Below, in pieces: positions 29,457 to 38,758 of a stretch of DNA of 64,000 bases (the stretch's first letter is position 1; every line of letters starts with the position of its first letter). Where the stretch lies: contig OZ242320.1 of the NCBI GenBank assembly GCA_965208125.1, positions 1,088,001-1,152,000 of the forward strand. Reading direction: 5' to 3'. This DNA is from Candidatus Latescibacterota bacterium. GTDB lineage: Bacteria; Latescibacterota; UBA2968. Both the position numbers and the translations under genes were made by a program. The notes under the pieces are model-generated. The model was given only the letters and a program-made list of their open reading frames with translations, was not told the origin of the DNA and ran no database searches.

Positions 29457-30353
29457 TTAATCGCCTGCTCCCCGAATAGGATGAATCTCTCGAAACTTCT
29501 GGAACTCCCAAAAAGCGTGGTCTGCCGCGTACCCGTTTGGAACTTCCTCTGTCTTCTCCAGCCGCTTGTACGCCACACGCACATGGAGCACCTGCGGTTC
29601 ATCCACGGGAAGCGCGTTCACCTGCCAGTTAAAATCCCACGCGGGGCTACTCTGCCCCGGAACAATTGACCCGCCAGCACCCGAAGGAGAAAGATAGAAC
29701 CGAAACCCCGGATAATCATCCGCCATAATCAAAAACATCATGCTCCGGATAATACCAAAATAAAAGGGATAATCGAAAGTATGTCCCGAATCCGAATGGC
29801 TGAAATTCCGCTTCCCATCTAAGAATGCCGCAGCTGCATCCCGTCCCCAGGGTTCGCGTTCATCCACCGGCAGATCAGTCGGAAAAATCATCGCTCCCTG
29901 CCCGTGAATCGGATTGTAATAATAGGTCCACAGCCCCTTCTCGATAAAGTGAATGCCACCATCCAGCGGAGAGTTGACATAGCAACACCAGCCAAAGGAA
30001 TAGTCTTCCTGTGGCCTGTGCCCCTCTCGAGCCGTAGCAGTCATCTCATAGTCGATATAGTGTGGCGGGACCAGTCGATAGACCCCCCGCGTCTCCACGA
30101 AATTATTGGCCTCTGACGCCTCCTTAAACAACTCCACCGCAGTCTCATCTACCCGCCGCACCGCGGGCCGTCTTCCCCGGTGGTGGCCGAAAAGCAGCAC
30201 CCCATTTCCCTGAGACACAGCAGTATGACCGTCTTTGACCGAAGTCAAAAACCAGACCCCGCTGTGTTGATCCTGTCCAGCGCCGTGATCGGTATCGTCT
30301 CCAATAATCGCGCGCAATTCGCCAGCAGAGATAAAATAACATGGCTCAGACAT
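29457..30353 (-). CDS. Hypothetical protein, possibly galactose-mutarotase-like beta-sandwich
   Basis: RBS AAAGGAGA before ATG 30353; aromatic, beta-rich sequence (YPFYFG, SPSGAG, PAWDF). Confidence 0.55.
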   Translation of the reverse strand: MSEPCYFISAGELRAIIGDDTDHGAGQDQHSGVWFLTSVKDGHTAVSQGNGVLLFGHHRGRRPAVRRVDETAVELFKEASEANNFVETRGVYRLVPPHYIDYEMTATAREGHRPQEDYSFGWCCYVNSPLDGGIHFIEKGLWTYYYNPIHGQGAMIFPTDLPVDEREPWGRDAAAAFLDGKRNFSHSDSGHTFDYPFYFGIIRSMMFLIMADDYPGFRFYLSPSGAGGSIVPGQSSPAWDFNWQVNALPVDEPQVLHVRVAYKRLEKTEEVPNGYAADHAFWEFQKFREIHPIRGAGD

Positions 30354-30550
30354 TGGTATTTCTCCTTTTGAAATAACAAACCGCGAACTACTGATAAGGT
30401 ACCCACCAAAACGGATCATGTCCAGTTTTCTGTCATCGGTATATAGCACACAACACCGCGCATTGCCATTGCCGAGCACTATGCAAAATCGGTCTTGATA
30501 AATTCGAGTCTCAATATATCTTCATTGTATCTACCCAGAGGAGGAAAGAT

Positions 30551-30790
30551 ATGGAAACCCGTGTGCAGAAATGGGGCAATAGTTTAGCCCTGCGCATTCC
30601 CAAACCACTCGCTATCCAGATTGGGCTTGAACCCAATTCACCAGTCGAATTATTGCTACGCGGTAAGGAGTTGGTCATTGAACCTGTAAAGCCGTCTAAA
30701 TTAAAATTGGACGACCTTCTGTCCCAGGTGACCGAACACAACTTACACGGTGAAGTAGATACTGGACCTGCGACAGGCGGTGAGATATAA
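30551..30790 (+). CDS. mazE: AbrB/MazE-family antitoxin, orphan
   Basis: VQKWGNSLALRIPK..LDDLLSQVTEHNLHGEVDTG; RBS GAGGAGG; no mazF follows. Confidence 0.85.
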   Translation: METRVQKWGNSLALRIPKPLAIQIGLEPNSPVELLLRGKELVIEPVKPSKLKLDDLLSQVTEHNLHGEVDTGPATGGEI

Positions 30791-30933
30791 TGGATCGGGA
30801 GAAATTGATCAACATAGCCGTAATAGGCGCGGGAAACATCGCCACGCGACACCTCGAAAACCTTGCATTTCTCGGTGGCAATCGCATCGCCGCGATATGC
30901 GACCTGGACGAATTAACAGAGGATCACCCATGA
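30790..30933 (+). pseudogene. 47-aa N-terminal remnant of a Gfo/Idh/MocA oxidoreductase
   Basis: Translates as MDREKLINIAVIGAGNIATRHLENLAFLGGNRIAAICDLDELTEDHP*; not in the ORF track. Confidence 0.7.
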
Positions 30934-32399
30934 ATACCCAACCCGACATTATCTTCATCTGTTCCGATCAATGGAACGCGCGCTACCTGGGGTGTGCGGG
31001 ACATCCGCAAGTCCAGACCCCGCACCTCGACTCGCTTGCTGCCAGCGGCTGTATCTTCGACGCGGCCTACACGCCGTCGCCCGTGTGCATGCCAGCGCGC
31101 GCATCGCTGGCCAGCGGCCTCTACCCGCACGCGCACGGATTCTTTTGCAACTACACCGGCAAACTATTTCCACCCGAACAAGTCACCCTCTTCCGCTGCT
31201 TGCAAGAAGCCGGCTATACCACAGCAAAAATCGGGAAATACCACTACTTCAGCCTGGAATGGGGCCAGGACTATGAAGACTACCGAGACTACTACGACCA
31301 ACTCGGCCTGGACTGGGCTGAAGAAACCTCGACACCATTCCAGGGCCCCTTCCTGAACACGGGCTATAGCCGTCTGCTAAAAAAAGAAGGACTCCTCGAC
31401 ACCTTCATCACCGACATTGGCGACCGCTACGTAGATGGACAATACACCCCCCGACCCTCACCCCTACCGCCAGACCTGACGCCGGACGGCTACGTCTGCC
31501 GGCAAACCCTGGCATACCTCGACCGCGCACCCACCGACAAACCCCTATTCCTCTTCGCCAGCTTTCCCGGACCTCATCCACCTCTGGACGCACCCGGCAA
31601 ATACGCCAAAATGTACGACCCCGCCGATATCGTCCTCCCAGAAAACTACAACGAAAAACGCTGCAAATACGGTCGGCAGGCCATCGCCGAAATGACCGCC
31701 CAATACATGGGCAAAATCACCCACTTTGATGACCGCGTAGGAGAAATCGTAGCCGCCTTGAAAAAACGCGACAACTGGGAAAACACCGTCGTCGTATTTA
31801 CCTCTGACCACGGAGAACGCATGGGTGAGCACGGCCTCGTCTCCAAAACCGGCTTTGAGGAAGGATCCGCGCGCGTACCCCTAATCATCGGCGGACCAGC
31901 CGCACCCGTCGGCACCGCTGGACACCGCAACGCCTCGCCGGTCTCCTTCCTGGACCTGTTCCCGACCTTCCTGGACCTATCGGGCGCCGAAATCCCGGAC
32001 TACTGCCAGGCAACCTCACTCCTGCCCATCGTCAGCGGCGAAACCGACAGCGTTCACGACGCCGTCTTCTCTGAAATCTCCCGCCAGGACCAATTCTGCT
32101 ACATGGTGCGCGACAACCGGTGGAAATGGTCCACTCAGGCCCAAAATGAACGCCTGTTCGACCTGCAGAACGACCCGCATGAAATGCAAAACCTGGCCCA
32201 GTCGCCCGCACATGCAGACATAGCCCAGCGCCTCCGCAACAGACTACTCACATTTCTCACCGACACGCAACTCAACCACGCCCGCGGGTACAAACCCTTA
32301 TTCACCCGCATCGGCATGCAATTCCCAACAGAAGACCCCACAGACAGAAAACGCATCATTCACGACCGCCTGCGGCAAGTTCACAAGCATCAACCTTAA
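30930..32399 (+). CDS. Formylglycine-dependent sulfatase (choline-sulfatase-like)
   Basis: PDIIFICSDQ, CMPARASL (CxPxR), GKYH, PHPP, TSDHG; true start ATG 30930. Confidence 0.92.
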   Translation: MNTQPDIIFICSDQWNARYLGCAGHPQVQTPHLDSLAASGCIFDAAYTPSPVCMPARASLASGLYPHAHGFFCNYTGKLFPPEQVTLFRCLQEAGYTTAKIGKYHYFSLEWGQDYEDYRDYYDQLGLDWAEETSTPFQGPFLNTGYSRLLKKEGLLDTFITDIGDRYVDGQYTPRPSPLPPDLTPDGYVCRQTLAYLDRAPTDKPLFLFASFPGPHPPLDAPGKYAKMYDPADIVLPENYNEKRCKYGRQAIAEMTAQYMGKITHFDDRVGEIVAALKKRDNWENTVVVFTSDHGERMGEHGLVSKTGFEEGSARVPLIIGGPAAPVGTAGHRNASPVSFLDLFPTFLDLSGAEIPDYCQATSLLPIVSGETDSVHDAVFSEISRQDQFCYMVRDNRWKWSTQAQNERLFDLQNDPHEMQNLAQSPAHADIAQRLRNRLLTFLTDTQLNHARGYKPLFTRIGMQFPTEDPTDRKRIIHDRLRQVHKHQP

Positions 32400-32407
32400 A
32401 GACGACC

Positions 32408-33604
32408 ATGCCTGTAATACTCACCATCAACGCCGGCAGTTCCTCGATTAAATATCAGTGCTTTGACATGCACAGCGAAGAATACCTCGCAAAAGGACAC
32501 GTCGAACGGCTACTCTCTGCATCCGCAGAATTGTCTTACACGCGGCGGGATGGCGTCACCCATCGTGTTCCCGTGCCTCAAACCGCTCATGAAGCCGTTT
32601 TTCAACGCATCTTTGAAATCCTTCTCCACCCGGAAAAGGGAATCCTCCGCACGCCCGATGAAATCCACGCAGTCGGACATCGCGTTGTACACGGCGGCAG
32701 CCACTTCGCGGCCTCGACCCGGATCACGCCCGAAATCGAAAAAACAATCGAACAGTGCGCCTCCCTCGCCCCACTACACAACCCCTTCAACCTGCGCGGA
32801 ATTCGCGCCTGCCAGACCATACTACCCGACATCCCACACGTTGCGGTATTCGACACCGCATTCCACCAGACCATCCCGGAATACGCCCACACTTATGCCC
32901 TGCCCCACGCGATATCCGAACAGTATAAAATCCGACAATACGGTTTCCACGGCATATCGCATCAATACGTCGCCATGCGTGCAGCGGAAATGCTCGGCTC
33001 GCCCTTGAAAACACTAAAACTGATCACCTGCCATCTGGGCAACGGCTGTAGCATCACCGCTATCGCCGATGGAAAATCAATCGACACCAGCATGGGCTTT
33101 ACACCCCTTCAGGGACTCGTAATGGGAACGCGCAGCGGAGACATTGACCCGGCAATCATCCTCTACCTGATCAGAGAACATCAGATGACGCCGGAGCAAA
33201 TCGACCAGATGCTCAACCATCAAAGCGGCCTCATCGGCGTATCTGGAATTGGATCAGACCTCAGAGATCTAATTGCCGTCCATGAGGAAAATCGGCGTGC
33301 GGCACTTGCAATCGACATCTTCTGCTACCGCATCCGCCAGTACATCGGAAAATACGCGGCGGTACTCGACGGGATAGACGCGCTTGTATTCACCGCAGGA
33401 ATAGGGGAAAACGCGCCACTCATACGGGCGCGCATCTGTGAAAAACTCGGATTCCTGGGCGTACATCTCGATCAGGCAAAAAACGAGGGCAACCCCATGA
33501 ACGAAGCAATTCATCATGAGACCGCCCCAGTATCCGTACTCGTCATCTCAACCAACGAAGAACTGATGATCGCACGAGACACACTACGTGTGATTAAGAG
33601 CTAA
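32408..33604 (+). CDS. ackA: Acetate kinase
   Basis: INAGSSSIK, GHRVVHGG, APLHNP, FDTAFH, YGFHG, CHLGNG, FTAGIGEN, TNEELMIA. Confidence 0.95.
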   Translation: MPVILTINAGSSSIKYQCFDMHSEEYLAKGHVERLLSASAELSYTRRDGVTHRVPVPQTAHEAVFQRIFEILLHPEKGILRTPDEIHAVGHRVVHGGSHFAASTRITPEIEKTIEQCASLAPLHNPFNLRGIRACQTILPDIPHVAVFDTAFHQTIPEYAHTYALPHAISEQYKIRQYGFHGISHQYVAMRAAEMLGSPLKTLKLITCHLGNGCSITAIADGKSIDTSMGFTPLQGLVMGTRSGDIDPAIILYLIREHQMTPEQIDQMLNHQSGLIGVSGIGSDLRDLIAVHEENRRAALAIDIFCYRIRQYIGKYAAVLDGIDALVFTAGIGENAPLIRARICEKLGFLGVHLDQAKNEGNPMNEAIHHETAPVSVLVISTNEELMIARDTLRVIKS

Positions 33605-33716
33605 CACGGCTTCTCCTTTGGGGATTCTGGTATTTGGTCATATCAAAGGATACGCTCCCGAATCACCTGCTGCTATTATGTGAGGCTTCCCTTTCTTATC
33701 CCTATAGAAAAATTAA

Positions 33717-33764
33717 TGATTTGTAATCAGGCAGTCAGTGGTTCGAGTTAGCTGGGCGGCTCCA
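33717..33764 (+). pseudogene. Degenerate 3' half of tRNA-Thr(TGT), probable att-site remnant
   Basis: TGA-TTTGTAA-TCAG anticodon arm, GGTTCGAG T-loop and GGCGGC-TCCA end; no 5' half upstream. Confidence 0.65.
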
Positions 33765-33847
33765 TATTTTACAGTCACTTACGCAGATTTGCACAGGTGG
33801 CTATTTTTACGGAGTACAACCGCATAAACGCAAAGGAGGTGTAGACA

Positions 33848-35098
33848 ATGGCGAACGTTAACCCAATTCGCACCGAGGAGGACTACGAAGCAGCGCTGGC
33901 TCGGGTCTCTGATCTCATGGATGCCCTGTCCTGCTCCGATAGACAGATCGAAGACGAAAACCATCCTGGAAGAGTTGAGCTCGACGTACTCGTAGACCTC
34001 GTCGAACACTACGAAGACAAGCACTACCCCATCGGCCTTCCCAGCCCGATTGCCGCGATCGAGTTCCACATGGACCAACACGGCCTGGCCCCTCGAGACC
34101 TCATCCCGTTCATTGGGAGCCGCGCCAAGGTCTCCGAGGTCCTCTCCGGTAAACGGGACATCACTATGGCGATGGCACGGGCGCTTCACCAGCACCTGGG
34201 CATATCCGCCGACGTTCTGCTTCAGGAGCCGGGTGCCGCATTCGACACGACGTTCGATCACCTCAATCTACGCCGGTTTCCCCTGAAGGAGATGGCAAAG
34301 CGCGGGTGGATTCGCAACGACCCCAACCTGATGGACAACGCCGAGGAGGTGATCGCTGGCCTGATCGAACGCGCGGTAGGCCCGGCAATCACCGCGGAAT
34401 CCCTGTATCGCAGAAACGACTGCCATCGAGTCAATGCGAAAACGGACGACTACGCCCTGAGGGCCTGGTGCTGGCAGGTGATGGCCACCGCCAACGATCA
34501 TCCGTTGGACGTCACCTACAAGCCCGGCACCGTGACGCGTGACTTCCTCAGGTCTGTCGCTCAGCTCAGCCCGTCCGAAGACGGTCCCAGGCGCGCCAGA
34601 GACTTTCTGGCCAGGCGCGGCATCGTTCTCCAAGTCGTGCCTCACCTGCCCCGCACCCATCTGGACGGTGCGGCACTTCGGCTTGCCAGCGGTAGGCCCG
34701 TCATCGGCCTCACGCTGCGGTACGACCGAATCGACAACTTCTGGTTCTGCCTGCTCCATGAGCTCGCCCATGTCGGTTTGCATCTGGACAGCGACGAGGA
34801 TGTAGCCTTCTTAGACGACCACACCCTGCGAGACATTGAGGACGGTGGTCAGAACCCAAAGGAGAAGGAAGCCGACGAGTGGGCGGAAAATGCTCTGATA
34901 CCGGAAGCCGCCTGGGAGAGCAGCCCGGTCCGCGCAAAACCGACGGCAATGGGCGTCATCAGTTTGGCTCAGAGCCTGCAGGTGCATCCGGCCATCATCG
35001 CCGGTCGGATCCGTCGGGAGCGGAGAAATTACAGATTGTTGTCCCAGTTTGTCGGAACCGGTCAAGTGCGACGGCAGTTCGAGAATCGGGAAAGTTGA
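33848..35098 (+). CDS. HigA-like XRE HTH fused to ImmA/IrrE metallopeptidase
   Basis: PIRTEEDYEAAL, SRAKVSEVLSGKR HTH, RYDRIDNFWFCLLHELAH (HExxH), EKEADEWA. Confidence 0.88.
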   Translation: MANVNPIRTEEDYEAALARVSDLMDALSCSDRQIEDENHPGRVELDVLVDLVEHYEDKHYPIGLPSPIAAIEFHMDQHGLAPRDLIPFIGSRAKVSEVLSGKRDITMAMARALHQHLGISADVLLQEPGAAFDTTFDHLNLRRFPLKEMAKRGWIRNDPNLMDNAEEVIAGLIERAVGPAITAESLYRRNDCHRVNAKTDDYALRAWCWQVMATANDHPLDVTYKPGTVTRDFLRSVAQLSPSEDGPRRARDFLARRGIVLQVVPHLPRTHLDGAALRLASGRPVIGLTLRYDRIDNFWFCLLHELAHVGLHLDSDEDVAFLDDHTLRDIEDGGQNPKEKEADEWAENALIPEAAWESSPVRAKPTAMGVISLAQSLQVHPAIIAGRIRRERRNYRLLSQFVGTGQVRRQFENRES

Positions 35099-35170
35099 GT
35101 CCCCGGTAGGAACATATCATCCATCGGATACGACTCTGAAGCTGGAGGATTGACTCTTTGCAACCAGCCC

Positions 35171-36052
35171 TCAATCCGCGAGCAGTCCGCGCAGATACCT
35201 GGCCGCCAGGCCGATCGCTTCGGCATAATCGCAACGGTTGTTGCGGTCTTCAAAGATAATCGACACATTGCCATTGTAGTTGACGGCTTTCAGGATCGGC
35301 ACAATGCGCTCGTAGTCGAGCCATTCTTCCCGGCCACTGTCGATTTTATAGATCTTGGCACGCACGCAGGTAGCATATGGGGCGGTTTGTTCCATGTAGC
35401 GGTAAAACGCCAGACCGGGATCGAATTTCCCCGCCAGATTTGATCCGGGTGAGCCGAACCACTGACCAGTGTCCAGTATGAAGGTAAAATTCTCGCGGTC
35501 GGTATCGTGCAGGATGCGGAGGATGTCGTCACCGGTGGGAGCCACGGCGGGCGGATGGTTGTGGAGACCCAGGTAGATGCCCTTATCGATCGCGTAATCG
35601 GCGACTTCCTGGAAACTGCGGATCATCGCGGACCAGAGCGCTTCTCGGTCCTCTGTCCCCTCTGGCAGGCCACCCCCGAACAGGCGAACCAGAGGCGCAC
35701 CCATAAATGCCGCCACATCCACGGCCTCTTTCGCCTCTGCCACCCGCCTGCGCAGTTCCTCCGGCAGCAGAGGAATGCCGACCACGCGCTGGTCTGCGCT
35801 GGTCGCCGCGCCCACGAACCCATCTCCGGTTCCCACATAGCCGATCGGCAGCCCGTACCTCAGGCACTTTCCCTTAATCTGGCGCAGGTACTCAAAACTC
35901 CTGGAACGGAACCCCCTGTAGAGGTGCAAATCGACAATGTCCAGCCTCAGGTCGTGGATCAGGTCGATCAGGGATTCGACATCGATGAAATGCCCGGGAT
36001 TCTCTTCGTCCCGCAGCATGGCGGTGCAACCGAGTTTGATCATGGGATCCAT
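35171..36052 (-). CDS. Sugar phosphate isomerase/epimerase TIM barrel
   Basis: GAPLVRLFGG, LHNH, ILDTGQW; start is 36052 or 36043, not 36232. Confidence 0.78.
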   Translation of the reverse strand: MDPMIKLGCTAMLRDEENPGHFIDVESLIDLIHDLRLDIVDLHLYRGFRSRSFEYLRQIKGKCLRYGLPIGYVGTGDGFVGAATSADQRVVGIPLLPEELRRRVAEAKEAVDVAAFMGAPLVRLFGGGLPEGTEDREALWSAMIRSFQEVADYAIDKGIYLGLHNHPPAVAPTGDDILRILHDTDRENFTFILDTGQWFGSPGSNLAGKFDPGLAFYRYMEQTAPYATCVRAKIYKIDSGREEWLDYERIVPILKAVNYNGNVSIIFEDRNNRCDYAEAIGLAARYLRGLLAD

Positions 36053-36090
36053 CCGTGTGGGGCGGATCAATGGGCCGTGCGCAGAGCTTC

Positions 36091-36954
36091 TCAATCCACC
36101 GGGATGCGGTAGGAACTGCGACTGATATTCTCGTGGTCGGATGAACGGGCAACCCTGAGCGCGTGCTCGGTCAGCGGAAGGAAGGAATGGGTTTCGGCGT
36201 GCAGGGAGATGAAGCCCTCTGCGTACGCGCAACGCCCCGCGCTGCCGAATGCGCCGTCGCTGGTCTCGATCCGTTTTCGGGCATAGGCACCGCCGTATCC
36301 CTGGCTCACCAGACAGTCCAACGCCGCCAGCTTTTTCTCCACAACATCGGTGATATCGATAAAGACATCGTTGTAGTAGCCCCCCTCGGAATCCCAGACC
36401 TGCCGGGGAATCCCCGCACCGCCGCCTCCAAAATAAAAGACCTGCGCGACCCGGTGGGGGGGATTTCGATCACCGGGGTCAACGCTGTTGGCCAGCCCAA
36501 TGGCGTGCATAACGATCTGCCCGGCGGTGGCGTGCGCGTTGGTCAGGCCGTCACCTTCCTTGGGGAAGTGGGTCAGGACGATATCGGGACGGATCTCCCG
36601 CAGCAGTCTTGCCAGGCGCCTCACCGTCTCGTCCTTGACCAGCAGAACCGAATCATCGGCGCCGAAAAAGTAGATCTCTTCCACACCCAGAATCGCACAG
36701 GCCGCGCGAACCTCTGCCGCTTTGACATCGGAGCGTTCTTGCATCAGCTTCAGAAGCTCGGCCCCGTCCGGCACCTCCTCACGGTGAAACATCCCGTCGC
36801 TAATCACGGCATCGTGTACCCGTGCGCCGTGGGTCAGCACCACACACCGCACATCGTCGCCGCGGCTGACGTGATGGGCCATAGTGCCGCCCGATTGGTC
36901 GAAAATATCGGCCGGATGCGCCCCGATGGAGAGCAGGCGTAGAGATTCTGTCAT
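36091..36954 (-). CDS. PIG-L/LmbE-family deacetylase-like protein with variant active site
   Basis: IGAHPAD, LTHG, PDIVLTH, DITDVVEKK..SQ, YAEGF. Confidence 0.8.
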   Translation of the reverse strand: MTESLRLLSIGAHPADIFDQSGGTMAHHVSRGDDVRCVVLTHGARVHDAVISDGMFHREEVPDGAELLKLMQERSDVKAAEVRAACAILGVEEIYFFGADDSVLLVKDETVRRLARLLREIRPDIVLTHFPKEGDGLTNAHATAGQIVMHAIGLANSVDPGDRNPPHRVAQVFYFGGGGAGIPRQVWDSEGGYYNDVFIDITDVVEKKLAALDCLVSQGYGGAYARKRIETSDGAFGSAGRCAYAEGFISLHAETHSFLPLTEHALRVARSSDHENISRSSYRIPVD

Positions 36955-37733
36955 TCTTCAGTCCTCCCACCTGGATTGGCGCGTAAGGTCTCCAGATTGT
37001 GGGTCAGGACCTGCGTGCCATAAGCGAGAATATTGCCGACATTCATAAAGCGGTAGCCCCAGCGAAGTTTTTCCTGGATCTCGGAGAGATCCACAAGCGT
37101 GGTACCGGCGACAATGCCAGACCCTTCCAGCCGCCCGGGAACATCCCGCATAATCTCCTGAACTTCCCTGGCGCTGGTTTCGGTGATCTTTCCGACCGAT
37201 GCAGACAGGTCGAGCGGCCCCACGAGCAGGACGTCAATGCCTGCGACCTGCTTGATCTCGTCGATATTGTCATAAGCCTCCTGGCTCTCGACCTGGAGGA
37301 TCAATACAGTTTCTGCATTTGCGGTTTTGATGACGTGGTTCCAGTCTTCGCCAGCTATACGGGTCCACATGGGGGAAAGCCCGCGCTGTCCTTCAGGGGG
37401 GTAACGGGCATATTGCACTGCCCGGGCGGCTTCTTCGGCGGTGTTGACCTGGGGCACCATCACGGCCACAGCACCGACATCAAAAGCCTTCTTAATCAGT
37501 GCCGGGTCGTTCCAGGCAACGCGGATCATCGGCGCCACGCCGCTCTGCCTGGCAAGGACGGGGATGGCGTCCAGAGATTCGGTGGCGAACGGGGCGTGTT
37601 CCGTATCGATCCAGACAAAGTCTGGCCGGGCCTGCACGATGGTTCCAAGGACGAGGGATGAGGGGACCGGCAGGGAGGTCCCCAGCACGATTTCGCCCTT
37701 TCTGAGTTTCTGTTTGAGCGGATTGGGATACAT
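36951..37733 (-). CDS. HpcH/HpaI class II aldolase
   Basis: WIDTEH, RYPPEGQRG, QVES, VGPLDLS. Confidence 0.9.
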   Translation of the reverse strand: MYPNPLKQKLRKGEIVLGTSLPVPSSLVLGTIVQARPDFVWIDTEHAPFATESLDAIPVLARQSGVAPMIRVAWNDPALIKKAFDVGAVAVMVPQVNTAEEAARAVQYARYPPEGQRGLSPMWTRIAGEDWNHVIKTANAETVLILQVESQEAYDNIDEIKQVAGIDVLLVGPLDLSASVGKITETSAREVQEIMRDVPGRLEGSGIVAGTTLVDLSEIQEKLRWGYRFMNVGNILAYGTQVLTHNLETLRANPGGRTEE

Positions 37734-37742
37734 TTGTTCTCC

Positions 37743-38582
37743 TTACTTGCGTTCCCATCGACTGGGGTTGATGCCAGGCGCGTGACTGGCCATGTTGGAT
37801 GGTTTGTTGCCCCCTTCGGGGATCCAGTGGCGGGTGTTGCGGTCGCCGAAAAAGGGCCTCACGGCATCGGGCAGTGCGGCAACGGCCTGCGGATCCCACC
37901 CTTCAACTTTCTGGACAGGACCTGCCCAGGCCGGGCGATAAGCAATAGCCAGCATCGAGCGGGACCAGTCGCCGACATTGGGGAAGTTGCCGTAGAAGAC
38001 CTTGTGGTTGATAAACATCGCAGAACCGGCTTTTGCGGGAACCATGACCTCCTCTGGATGGGACTCAAAGCGCTGGTAGGGATTGCCGTCTGCGTGCATG
38101 GAAAGGTGCGATCGGGGAATTACGCGGAATGGGGAGACCTCCGGGGTCAGGTCGTCCAGATAATACAGCACCCGGACCATGACCGGTACGCTACCCAGAT
38201 AACCAAAGATGCGCGAACCGTAGGGTTGGCCGTCCGTATGGAGACTGATACCGGGGTGCCCTGGCTCTGAGCGGGCATAGCCATAGTGCGACAGGATGAT
38301 ATCCTCCCCCAGGAGTTCCCTCAGAAAGGCGATTGTCGGGGGATGGGCGATAAGGTCAGTGATCTCACCGCCGAAGAACTGGATGTCACTCCGCCCCCTC
38401 TGGTGAATACTGTAATCCACCGGAGTGGTTTCCAGACTGTCGGTTATCCCCTTGAGCCGGGCCAGATGCTCGGGCATCAACAGATCGGGGATCAGAAGAT
38501 AGCCCTCGACCTCAATCTGGCGAATGCGCTCGCCCGAAGTCAAGGCGGACCAGTCGCGGTCATCGATACGTGGAGCAGACAT
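37743..38582 (-). CDS. PhyH-family dioxygenase with distal His replaced by Tyr
   Basis: LHTD, YYLDD, VIPRSH, AGSAMFINHKVFYGNFPN. Confidence 0.8.
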   Translation of the reverse strand: MSAPRIDDRDWSALTSGERIRQIEVEGYLLIPDLLMPEHLARLKGITDSLETTPVDYSIHQRGRSDIQFFGGEITDLIAHPPTIAFLRELLGEDIILSHYGYARSEPGHPGISLHTDGQPYGSRIFGYLGSVPVMVRVLYYLDDLTPEVSPFRVIPRSHLSMHADGNPYQRFESHPEEVMVPAKAGSAMFINHKVFYGNFPNVGDWSRSMLAIAYRPAWAGPVQKVEGWDPQAVAALPDAVRPFFGDRNTRHWIPEGGNKPSNMASHAPGINPSRWERK

Positions 38583-38758
38583 ATTGCCTCCCTTGTGGTT
38601 TCCGAGAAAACAATATAAGATCTGTACTGCTTTCTACAAGCGGAATATGTTCCATGTGGTTCATCTCTCAACCTATTCGCAATTTTTTGCCTTGTTCTTT
38701 ATCTATTTATAGTATAATTATATCCCAATAAAATTCCTCAACATAAACGGAGCATCAC

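Noticed and set aside
33717-33764. Functional tRNA-Thr
   Set aside because: The 5' acceptor strand and D-arm are absent and the T-stem is mismatched; kept only as a remnant.
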